From the NCBI RefSeq assembly GCF_018398935.1, contig NZ_CP074694.1, positions 90,001 through 122,000 of the forward strand: a stretch of 32,000 bases of DNA, read 5' to 3'. The notes under the pieces were generated by a model. That model saw only the letters and a program-made list of their open reading frames with translations. It ran no database searches and had not been told where the DNA came from. Positions 8,401-14,983 of this stretch are shown here, piece after piece; within the stretch, counting starts at the first letter, position 1, and every line of letters starts with the position of its first letter. Both the position numbers and the translations under genes were made by a program. This stretch comes from Telmatocola sphagniphila. GTDB taxonomy: Bacteria > Planctomycetota > Planctomycetia > Gemmatales > Gemmataceae.

Positions 8401-11025
8401 ACCGTTGACCGAAGTAGTGGTGGAACCGATGGTGAAGTTGTCCGCCGCCGTTCCTCCTTCGATTTGAAGCAGGTTTGTACTGCCGTTGCCGGCTGTGTAA
8501 TAAATCGGGATTGTTGTCGACGTGAATGTAGTATCGGAAACAATGACATCATTGGAGGAATCGCCACCGTACAGAAGGACTTTGGTGGTATCCACCGCCG
8601 CGCCCGCCACCTGGATCACGCCGTTATCGAGAATCTCGACAATGCCGCCTGCCACTTGAACCGTGACGTTATGCGAGGAGTAAGCTGGGATGGAGTAAAT
8701 GAGTTCGCCACTCAGAATCACCTTCGAAATTTGCGAGAAAGTTAGGTTGGCGTAGCCAATCGCACTGATGGTTCCGCTATCGGAGGAGGTGTAATTGATT
8801 GCGCCGGCACCGTGATAGTAGATGGTGCCATCCGGGAAGCCGCCGATGATCGTATAGCTGGTACTGGCGGAGGGGGTCACATCGAAGTAGTCGGTACCAC
8901 CATTACCTTCGACCGTGAGCGACTGCACGTTGCTATAAGTGAAATTCTTCGAATCCATGACCACGCTGGTGGAATTCACCGTGAAGTTGTCATAGGTAAC
9001 TTCGCCCACGATTGTGAGGGTGTTGGTTCCCCCGATGCCCCCCAGGAATTGGAAGGGAATGTTGAGAGCATCGAAATCGGGCTCGCAGGTGACATCGTTT
9101 TCCGACAAAGCTGCGCCGCGAACGATCACTTCCGCCGTAGAGGTTATGGGGCGGGAGACTTCAACCACCGAGTTGTCCAGGATCTGAATGTTACCGGCAT
9201 TCAGCTGGACGATAATGTTGTTCACCTGTCCGCTGGGAGCGAAGAACACCAGGTTATTATCGGTGGTGAGGGAGTTTATGCCGGTGAAAGTGAAGATCGG
9301 GTAGCCGCTGGCCGTGATCGTACCCGATGTCGGGCTGGTATAGTTGATAGTTCCCAGAGCGTGATAATCGAGCGAAGCCCCCGGCGACCCGCCGTTAACG
9401 GTGATAAAAGTTGAGGTGGAAGGTGTGACGTCGAAGACATCGCCCCCCCCGTTGCCGTTGGCGATCAGGTTCGTCACGTTGGAGTAGGTGATATTGGTGT
9501 AATTCACTTCGACCAAGGAGGGATTGATGATAATCTGATCGGCGGTGGTCGTGCCTTCAATAGTCAGAGAATTCGTACCCGTCGGGTCGCCGATAAAGTC
9601 GAACGGTATCTGAACCGAGTCGTAGGAAGATGTGACGTCCACATTGTTGGTGACACCCGCCGCACCGTGAATAATGACATTGTTCGTCGTGGAAATCGAT
9701 TTGCCCGATACCAGGACGTTATTGTCGAAAATCTGGATGTATCCGTTGGAAACCTGCACGGAGATGTTGTTAGTTCCGGAGTTGGGGGCGAAATACTCGA
9801 GATCGCCGTTCACCCCGGCCAGGTCGTTGGCCAGCAGATTGACATAAGGAGTTCCAAGACCCGTCACCAGATCGTATCCGGGACCGGCGTTGTAACTGCC
9901 GTTGCTGCCCGAGGTGACATCGTAATAGTCGTAGGAAGAAGCCCCGTAGATACCTGCCGACGAAATGTCGTAGAGTGCGGGAAGCACCTGAGTCGCCCCG
10001 TCGAGAGTGGTCTTCCCGGCGGCGACTCGGAACTGGTCGGTGATTGAAAGGATGGCCGCCCAGCAGGGTGTGGCGAGACTGGTGCCGCCGACCTGCTCCC
10101 AGGGGTCCTGCTCGCCATTGGAGAATCTATCGTAAACCGCTACGCCGGATGCGGGATCGGCGTCGAAAGAGACGTCGGGAATTCCGCGATATTGCGAGAT
10201 GTTAAAGCCGTTCTGGTAAGTCGGTCGCGCGAATGTGCTGGCTAAGCCTCCGCCGCTCCCCGACCAGGCAGTTTGCGACTGCATCGTATTGTCGGAGTTC
10301 AAATTCAGCGTCGTACCGCCGACTACGATAACGTTCGGATATTTTTCGCCACCCGGGGAACCCGAGTCGCCGGAGGCTTTAACGAAGGCAATTCCCTGAT
10401 GGCCGGCCGGCGTGGTGAAAATCTCGTTGTCTGAAGCCGTGCCATCATCGCCATCGGCTCCGAAGCTCATGGATACGACGGAAACGCCCGGTATGGTTTT
10501 CGCGTAATTCACGGCCGCGTACAAGTTATTGCCCGAGCTATCGGTCGCTTCTATCAGGATAATGTTGGCCATCGGAGCCAGCGCATGAGCCCACTCGACA
10601 TCCAGAGCTTCCTCACCGGCCCATCCTAAGTCTGAAGCGGGATAGTTCGTTGAACCATCTTGAGCGATCTTGGTAAAACTGGGTGGATCGGGGAGCCCGA
10701 AATACGCATCGAATTCGGCCAGGTCGCTGCCGGCATAATTCGGATCCGTCGAACTCAGAAGTGCAGGATTATCAAAGGCATCGACAATCGCAATCGTCTG
10801 ACCGGCGCCGTTCCCAATAATGTTGCCGTAGTGGGTGTAATCGATTCCGTAAGCGTGGAGTAATTGAGCTGGGGTGAGCCCCGAAACCAGCACTCGACGA
10901 TCTTCGAGTTGCATCACACTCAAGGCGGATCGATGAATTTTCCGCTCTCGCAGCCCATCAAAATTCAAAGGAAGGTGCGATTTGATCCACTTGGATAACC
11001 GTCGTCGAATCATGGTGTGTCTCAC
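5482..11025 (-). CDS. Giant secreted/surface protein: S53 (sedolisin)-like peptidase domain + tandem modules + FG-GAP repeats
   Basis: 1847-aa uninterrupted ORF. Residues ~50-400 carry S53/S8-type motifs: LTPAQLLHAYGID, AIVDAFD, GEEALDVEWAHALAP (E-x3-D), GGTSLATPCWAAI (Ser nucleophile). Three ~182-aa repeats follow, then a Thr/Gly/Asn/Ser-rich region and C-terminal FG-GAP units (GDVNGDGxxDI). The ORF-track start is GTG 11025; an alternative ATG lies at 11013. Confidence 0.85.
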   Translation of the reverse strand: MRHTMIRRRLSKWIKSHLPLNFDGLRERKIHRSALSVMQLEDRRVLVSGLTPAQLLHAYGIDYTHYGNIIGNGAGQTIAIVDAFDNPALLSSTDPNYAGSDLAEFDAYFGLPDPPSFTKIAQDGSTNYPASDLGWAGEEALDVEWAHALAPMANIILIEATDSSGNNLYAAVNYAKTIPGVSVVSMSFGADGDDGTASDNEIFTTPAGHQGIAFVKASGDSGSPGGEKYPNVIVVGGTTLNLNSDNTMQSQTAWSGSGGGLASTFARPTYQNGFNISQYRGIPDVSFDADPASGVAVYDRFSNGEQDPWEQVGGTSLATPCWAAILSITDQFRVAAGKTTLDGATQVLPALYDISSAGIYGASSYDYYDVTSGSNGSYNAGPGYDLVTGLGTPYVNLLANDLAGVNGDLEYFAPNSGTNNISVQVSNGYIQIFDNNVLVSGKSISTTNNVIIHGAAGVTNNVDVTSSYDSVQIPFDFIGDPTGTNSLTIEGTTTADQIIINPSLVEVNYTNITYSNVTNLIANGNGGGDVFDVTPSTSTFITVNGGSPGASLDYHALGTINYTSPTSGTITASGYPIFTFTGINSLTTDNNLVFFAPSGQVNNIIVQLNAGNIQILDNSVVEVSRPITSTAEVIVRGAALSENDVTCEPDFDALNIPFQFLGGIGGTNTLTIVGEVTYDNFTVNSTSVVMDSKNFTYSNVQSLTVEGNGGTDYFDVTPSASTSYTIIGGFPDGTIYYHGAGAINYTSSDSGTISAIGYANLTFSQISKVILSGELIYSIPAYSSHNVTVQVAGGIVEILDNGVIQVAGAAVDTTKVLLYGGDSSNDVIVSDTTFTSTTIPIYYTAGNGSTNLLQIEGGTAADNFTIGSTTTSVNGKLFNYTGLQTLIADGNGGGDTFDVTPSTTMTIDVNGGTPGGTLTYEAVGEFTYLSPTTGAINATGTQPVNYTGIVNKVNFPLGFILELVGNAPSGSTDTFTIASGGSGNGLVANVNGITPTSYVNGTILGVVVTGSTNNDNLVIDNSNGFVAGFITFNGGSATNLLNIVGAPGTSIARETVTMNGTNSGTVILDPTGALGVGATSGNKTTGNVIFNDVPTLLSTTPVGELDFIGSTSAETYTLNDGSLVSGSQMLQLQDATTTSTETLNTSNAGTLTINGFGGTDTFNLNEKLQPTGIGAVKVYGNELTNGTLNTSTSNDTFIVNSTAPGITTTVTGGTTSSFQLNGSGLAGNNYFLGNAGTASFVLNTGTGITATSVNLSGGASSSADTFVVNGITSATNNVALKLGLTPFGQSLQGLGTNVQFDSLPNFTFNGGASVNNFSVIDSTGNVYGTVGPKTLNLASGMIYRPLSSTSGDVRFNVGNSGLPLNGNQTPFIKFNNITGSLSLNGDGTNSASKDILTILGVSATGSSSGSVFGEVTAANPSDQVMISDSLVTISNASLGTLLAVNLNPGTFSTIMYRAGNKNRPNGDTINVVPSKKVNLLIDGMGGKLANTINIVGTASKTYTNITTPSLGGPQLRVTQSTGASVGLINVSGIQGVGLIAVSVAYGGLPLVNVYDPSNLTTPKFVLQPFATEYRGGIEVAVGDVNGDGVPDIVCMAGIGGDAHIVVFSGIDGSILQSYFAYANYEGQASIAVGDVNGDGYADIITGSGVGTAPHVKVFSGKDGSLLQSFYAFSTGFLGGINVAAGDVEDTGISDIIVGAASGSSPHVEVFRGTDLTLIRSFLAFAPGFLGGVDVASVDLNGDGHADLVVAAASGNDPHVEVFDGVTNNLIASFLVPNNYPSGTASASTPGNLNIGTASGANGIGQILVGRSNSTTIQRFQLLPTLAPLTPLNAFDSATGWGVYVGGA
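5701..6297 (-). repeat. Four clear FG-GAP/integrin-alpha-like propeller repeats (aa ~1577-1775), with degenerate units on both sides
   Basis: A ~49-aa period repeats as: AVGDVNGDGVPDIV...HIVVFSG.DGS.LQSYFAY; GDVNGDGYADII...HVKVFSGKDGSLLQSFYAF; GDVEDTGISDII...HVEVFRGTDLTLIRSFLAF; VDLNGDGHADLV...HVEVFDGVTNNLIASFLV. Confidence 0.8.
8161..9801 (-). repeat. Three tandem ~182-aa coding repeats (aa ~409-590, 592-774, 775-955)
   Basis: Each unit shares the same ordered landmarks. First: (L)xYFAP..NN(I)xVQ..G.IQI(F/L)DN. Then: IPF.F.G...GTN.L.I.G. Then: NxTYSNVxxLxxxGNGGxDxFDVTPS. Last: INYTSxxSGTIxAxGY. The units are diverged at the DNA level. Confidence 0.8.
9826..10878 (-). other. S53/S8-type serine peptidase domain of the giant protein (aa ~50-400)
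   Basis: The motifs listed above. The domain begins about 50 residues from the N-terminus, with no room for the long prodomain typical of sedolisins. Confidence 0.7.
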
Positions 11026-11498
11026 TGTGTGCTCGAAGGAATCCGTCTCGGGTGGGAGTTCGAATATATAAATTCCACCCTTGTCCCCCCGTTTAGGCAG
11101 GGGGAGCAGTTCGCTGTCTCGGGAAGACTCTTACGAGTTTTAGATACCCGAATGCGAAAATCCGCTTCTGACCGAAAGATTGATAAAAAATTTTCTAATT
11201 CTTTTCGGTTTAGGTCAAGTTAGATCTGCTTAAAGTTATGAAAGTTAGACAATCTCAGTGGCCTGTAAGGATCCTAGCGATTAAAGGGAATTTGATCGAA
11301 GTACAAATCCTGATGATCTTTTCATTATCTGAGCTCCAACTGCTTGAGCATTCGCCTTTCAACAGCCAAATTTGTAGTGGAATTCGACTTCATATCTGAA
11401 ATCGTTTACTTTCCTCAGCAAATTAATCGCGTAGTAGGTCCTAAGGAACCTACGAAATTTCAATTCCTGTTTCCGGGGCAACGAAGTGACGAAAATGA

Positions 11499-11544
11499 CC
11501 TGCTGCCTTAGCGATTCCTCGACAGAATCCTCTAGGGCAGCAGG
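11499..11544 (-). terminator. Candidate terminator hairpin downstream of the M28 peptidase gene
   Basis: 9-bp inverted repeat CCTGCTGCC (11499-11507) / GGCAGCAGG (11536-11544). On the minus strand it is followed by TCATTTTCG. It starts ~43 nt after the stop at 11587. The loop is long (28 nt), so this is weak. Confidence 0.35.
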
Positions 11545-11586
11545 CCATTCGAGTGTTAGCCCTTACGAGAGCTAATCGCAAACCGC

Positions 11587-13284
11587 TTAATTCTGAACCG
11601 GGGGAGCGTCCTTCTTTTCGATGGCTGGACTTTTCTTCTCGGCGGGGGGCTGCTCTTTGTTTTCCCGTCGTCGTCCGCCGCCTTTGCCCTCGGGCTTATC
11701 GCGCGGGAGCAGGTCGGGCAGATTGGCCACGCGTACAGCCGTCACGGCCATGACCTGAGCGCCTTCGATGAGATCCGGTTCCATAGCCTTGTCGAAGGTG
11801 TCTGACTGCGAGTGGTGGGTGAAACGATACTCGGCCGAATCCTGCTCGCAAGCAAAGCCGGGAACGCCGACGGCTTCGAACGACAGGTGATCGGTGCCGC
11901 CCATGCTTCGTAGAGTGTGTTCTTTGAAGCCCGGAAGTGACTTGAGGGATTCCGACATCGGATCCAGAATTTTCAGCACGGAGGTTCGGCCCTGGACGCC
12001 GAAGCCGTATACCTTCCCGGTTCCGGTGTCGTGCACCAGTGCGCAGGAGGTTTTCGCCATTTCATCTTTGTGTTTTTCCACATACGCTTTGGAGCCGTAC
12101 AAACCTTCTTCTTCGCCCGTAAACAGCACGAATCGGATGGTTCGCTTGGGTTTGACGCCCGATTTGATAATCGCACGAGCCGCTTCCAATACGACCGAGG
12201 AACCGGTGCCGTTATCGGTAGTGCCGCTGGCCAGATCCCACGAGTCGAGGTGAGCGCCGACGACAACAATTTCCTCCGGCTTCTCGGAACCTTTGATCTC
12301 ACCGACCGTGTTGTAGACTGGCAGCGGGCCTGGAATGGTCTTATTGGTGATTTCTACTTCCGCTTTAGTCACCGCGTCTTTACGGGAGGCCAGTCGATAG
12401 AGCAGGGCATAGTGATCGTGTGTGATAAACAGCGTCGGCAGTGGTTCATTGGCACTGGCTCGGTCGCCCCCCCGCCAGGATCCGGTCATGTTCAGCAGGC
12501 CGTGCGGTTTGCCGGAGTCGGTCAGCATGACAGCGGCGCCTTCCGTACGAAGGAATTCGCCCAATTCTCTTCGCAGAGCCATTTGCTCGCCGAAATTACC
12601 GGGTCGGGAAGGAATCGGACCGTCCTTTTTGGCGTCATCTTTCTTCGGCGGGTCCAGCTTGGCCGATTCCGTTTTAGGGGTAGCTTCCTTGGAAGGAGGT
12701 CCATCCTTTTTGCCGGGAACGCCAGCTTTGGCATAGTTCAGATCGGTAATCGGCCGAACTTCTGTCGGCGGCCGGGTCAGAATGATGGCATTCTTCAGCT
12801 TGCCTTTGAATTTGTTCAAGTCGTCCTTGGTCTTGGCATCGATGATAACGACATCGCCGCTGATTTTGCCTTTGGTACCGGGGGTCCAGCCCATCGCGGC
12901 CACGGTCAGTTGTCGGCCGGGTGTCGGGTCGATCAGAGTCAAAGTGGCGGTGCCCCGTTCCCAGCCGGCGGGGATTTCCCACGCTTCCAGATGCACGTCG
13001 GTCAGACCGTACTCTTTCATCTTGGCGGCGGTCCAATCGTTCGCCTTCTTCAGCGAAGGGGAACCCGTCAGGCGATGGCCAATTTCATCGCTGATGTACT
13101 GAAGGTTCTTCATGATATCCGAGTGCTCTCGGATTTCCGAAATGATTTGCTGGTCGATAGCCAGAGCGGCAGGATCCGAGACCGGAGCGGTCTTAGCGGC
13201 ATCTTGCGCATCGGACTCGGGAATGGTCAGCACTCCCAGTGCGGCGATCAGCGCTGCACCAAATAGTCTTCTCAATGAGTTCAT
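11587..13284 (-). CDS. Secreted M28-family metallo-aminopeptidase with low-complexity insert and tail
   Basis: 565 aa. Signal peptide MNSLRRLFGAALIAALGVLTIPESDAQ. M28 zinc-site region VVVGAHLDSWDLASGTTDNGTGSSVVLEAARA...FVLFTGEEEGLYGSKAYV...HHSQSDTFD. Lys/Pro-rich insert at aa ~188-229 and a Lys/Glu/Pro-rich C-terminal tail. Confidence 0.88.
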   Translation of the reverse strand: MNSLRRLFGAALIAALGVLTIPESDAQDAAKTAPVSDPAALAIDQQIISEIREHSDIMKNLQYISDEIGHRLTGSPSLKKANDWTAAKMKEYGLTDVHLEAWEIPAGWERGTATLTLIDPTPGRQLTVAAMGWTPGTKGKISGDVVIIDAKTKDDLNKFKGKLKNAIILTRPPTEVRPITDLNYAKAGVPGKKDGPPSKEATPKTESAKLDPPKKDDAKKDGPIPSRPGNFGEQMALRRELGEFLRTEGAAVMLTDSGKPHGLLNMTGSWRGGDRASANEPLPTLFITHDHYALLYRLASRKDAVTKAEVEITNKTIPGPLPVYNTVGEIKGSEKPEEIVVVGAHLDSWDLASGTTDNGTGSSVVLEAARAIIKSGVKPKRTIRFVLFTGEEEGLYGSKAYVEKHKDEMAKTSCALVHDTGTGKVYGFGVQGRTSVLKILDPMSESLKSLPGFKEHTLRSMGGTDHLSFEAVGVPGFACEQDSAEYRFTHHSQSDTFDKAMEPDLIEGAQVMAVTAVRVANLPDLLPRDKPEGKGGGRRRENKEQPPAEKKSPAIEKKDAPPVQN

Positions 13285-13344
13285 AATGCGTCCCAGAAGT
13301 TGGATGAGAGGATGAGGAGATTATGAGGAAGTGATGTAGCGAAA

Positions 13345-14139
13345 TCAACAACTACTTTGGCCCTCCTCATTATCCATTAAGATTTTCAAAATTTGCGGAG
13401 TTCGGTTCAAAAAATTCCGGGTAATCTGGTAGTTATCGGTTTCCTCGTACTTCCTGAGGTGGATGCCTTCCGAATCCAGAAGGAAGATTTGTGCCTCCGG
13501 ATAAGCCAGCAGAATCGGCGAGTGGGTGGCTATCACGAATTGGGAACCGAGCCTAACGTAATTGTGCATAATCGACAGGAAGGTCATCTGTTTTTGGGCG
13601 GACAAAGCGGCCTCTGGCTCATCCAGCAGATAAAGTCCCTGGCCGGTAAAGCGGTTGGCGAACAGGGCCATGAACGATTCGCCGTGCGATTGCTCGTGCA
13701 ACGATTTGCCGCCGAATCGCTGCAGTAACTGTCCTCCGTGATGTTGATCTTGGATCTCCAAATCAGTGGCCACGTTATAGAAAGATTCGGCTCGCAGGAA
13801 GTAAGAATCCGGCGCGGCTTTCCCGGCCACTTTACCTACTCTTAAGCTGTCGGTCAGTTTGGAATGAGAATCCCGAGTGGAGAAGCGAAGATTCCGATTT
13901 CCGCCCTCCGCATTCATACCAAGGGACACGGCCAAAGCTTCGAGGAGTGTGGACTTTCCCGAACCGTTTTCGCCAATCAAGAAAGTCACTTTGGGGTGAA
14001 ATTCAAAAGTCCCCAGATGGCGAACGGCCGGCAGATGGAAAGGGTGTTCCTTCCAGTCCGGAACACGTTCACGCACCAGGTACATATTCCTGATGTAAGG
14101 TCCCGGTATATTCTCGAACGGATTCCGTTTGCGGGCCAT
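13345..14139 (-). CDS. Small stand-alone AAA/ABC-like ATPase (COG3910-like predicted ATPase)
   Basis: 264 aa. Walker A GENGSGKSTLLEAL, signature-like SHGESF, Walker B LYLLDEPEAALS, H-loop ATHSP. No transmembrane or partner domain. The start lies 7 nt after the upstream stop. Confidence 0.75.
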   Translation of the reverse strand: MARKRNPFENIPGPYIRNMYLVRERVPDWKEHPFHLPAVRHLGTFEFHPKVTFLIGENGSGKSTLLEALAVSLGMNAEGGNRNLRFSTRDSHSKLTDSLRVGKVAGKAAPDSYFLRAESFYNVATDLEIQDQHHGGQLLQRFGGKSLHEQSHGESFMALFANRFTGQGLYLLDEPEAALSAQKQMTFLSIMHNYVRLGSQFVIATHSPILLAYPEAQIFLLDSEGIHLRKYEETDNYQITRNFLNRTPQILKILMDNEEGQSSC

Positions 14140-14146
14140 AAAGTTC

Positions 14147-14965
14147 TCACGGAAGTGTTATCCCGGTGGGCGGTCGAGTCATTTTCGCATTGAGTTTCGT
14201 GTCCTTATTTTCGATCTCCCCACCCGTGGCCAGATAAAAACGATCTTTTTCGACTTTGGAATTGATGTTCAGCGAGGGGTTGTCATCCCCGGTAAACTGT
14301 GCTTTGGTGAGGGCCTGCCAGGCTCCGTCTTTTGTGAGGATGTAGCCGTTGCCGAAATAGGCTTCCCGGGCTTGCGTGGCCGAGATTTTATTGCGGCGGA
14401 AGTCCTCGATGAACGAGTAATAACCCCCCAGAATTTTGCCCTTGGCGAGTGTGCTGAAACTGACCAGGTGCTTCCATTCCTTCTTCTCGTTCAGGTAAAA
14501 GTAGGCATCGTAGACCGTGCGAGTTTCAACGAGTTTGGCTTTGACCAGGAAGCGGTACGTTTCGCCGACCTTCCAATCGAAATCGAGGAAAGACTGTCCA
14601 CCCGTGCCTTCATTCCCGAAACGGCCGATGCGAACGCCTTCCCCTTTTTCCAGTAATTTGACGCGATCTTCTTCTTTCACCTTCGAAGGATCGTTTTGAT
14701 TTCCTGGATCCCAGATCGAGAAAATTACCACTTTCTTGTTACGGCTTAATTCCTGAATTCCGAAGTAGCCCTGATTGAAGCCGCAGACGCAAAAGTAGGT
14801 ACCTTCCTGCGAAGTTTTTACGGTGACTTCGTTATAGAACATGGTCGCCTCCGGCGCGCTGTAGCCCAGATGCACACTGCGGCAGGCATTTCCTTTCGAA
14901 TGTTCGTCCGCGGAAAGATTCGCTTCCAACCCTAACAGCATTCCTAAGAAAAAGAGTATCCGCAT
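14147..14965 (-). CDS. Secreted protein, DUF3472-like (family assignment from memory)
   Basis: ATG 14965 is preferred over ORF-track GTG 14980 because a GAAGGTGGGG Shine-Dalgarno-like run lies 8-17 nt upstream. Signal peptide MRILFFLGMLLGLEANLSA. Segments GYFGIQEL and VIFSIWDPG resemble DUF3472 proteins. Confidence 0.55.
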   Translation of the reverse strand: MRILFFLGMLLGLEANLSADEHSKGNACRSVHLGYSAPEATMFYNEVTVKTSQEGTYFCVCGFNQGYFGIQELSRNKKVVIFSIWDPGNQNDPSKVKEEDRVKLLEKGEGVRIGRFGNEGTGGQSFLDFDWKVGETYRFLVKAKLVETRTVYDAYFYLNEKKEWKHLVSFSTLAKGKILGGYYSFIEDFRRNKISATQAREAYFGNGYILTKDGAWQALTKAQFTGDDNPSLNINSKVEKDRFYLATGGEIENKDTKLNAKMTRPPTGITLP

Positions 14966-14983
14966 ATCGCTATTCCCCACCTT

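Noticed and set aside
5482-11025. Possible CRISPR-like or satellite DNA periodicity inside the giant gene
   Set aside because: The periodicity is at the protein level (~182-aa and ~49-aa units) within one intact reading frame. The DNA copies are diverged and there is no repeat-spacer architecture.
11569-11579. 11-mer GAGCTAATCGC repeated at 28325-28335, both near gene ends
   Set aside because: A single shared 11-mer is expected many times by chance among the ~10^9 position pairs in a 32-kb window. There is no extended similarity around it.
12031-13266. 411-aa plus-strand ORF antisense to the M28 peptidase gene
   Set aside because: It is codon-aligned with the minus-strand gene (12031-11587 is a multiple of 3). 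In that register, antisense stops arise only from sense TTA, CTA and TCA codons, which this gene largely avoids. The translation is Arg/Gly/Phe-rich with no motifs. It is a shadow ORF.
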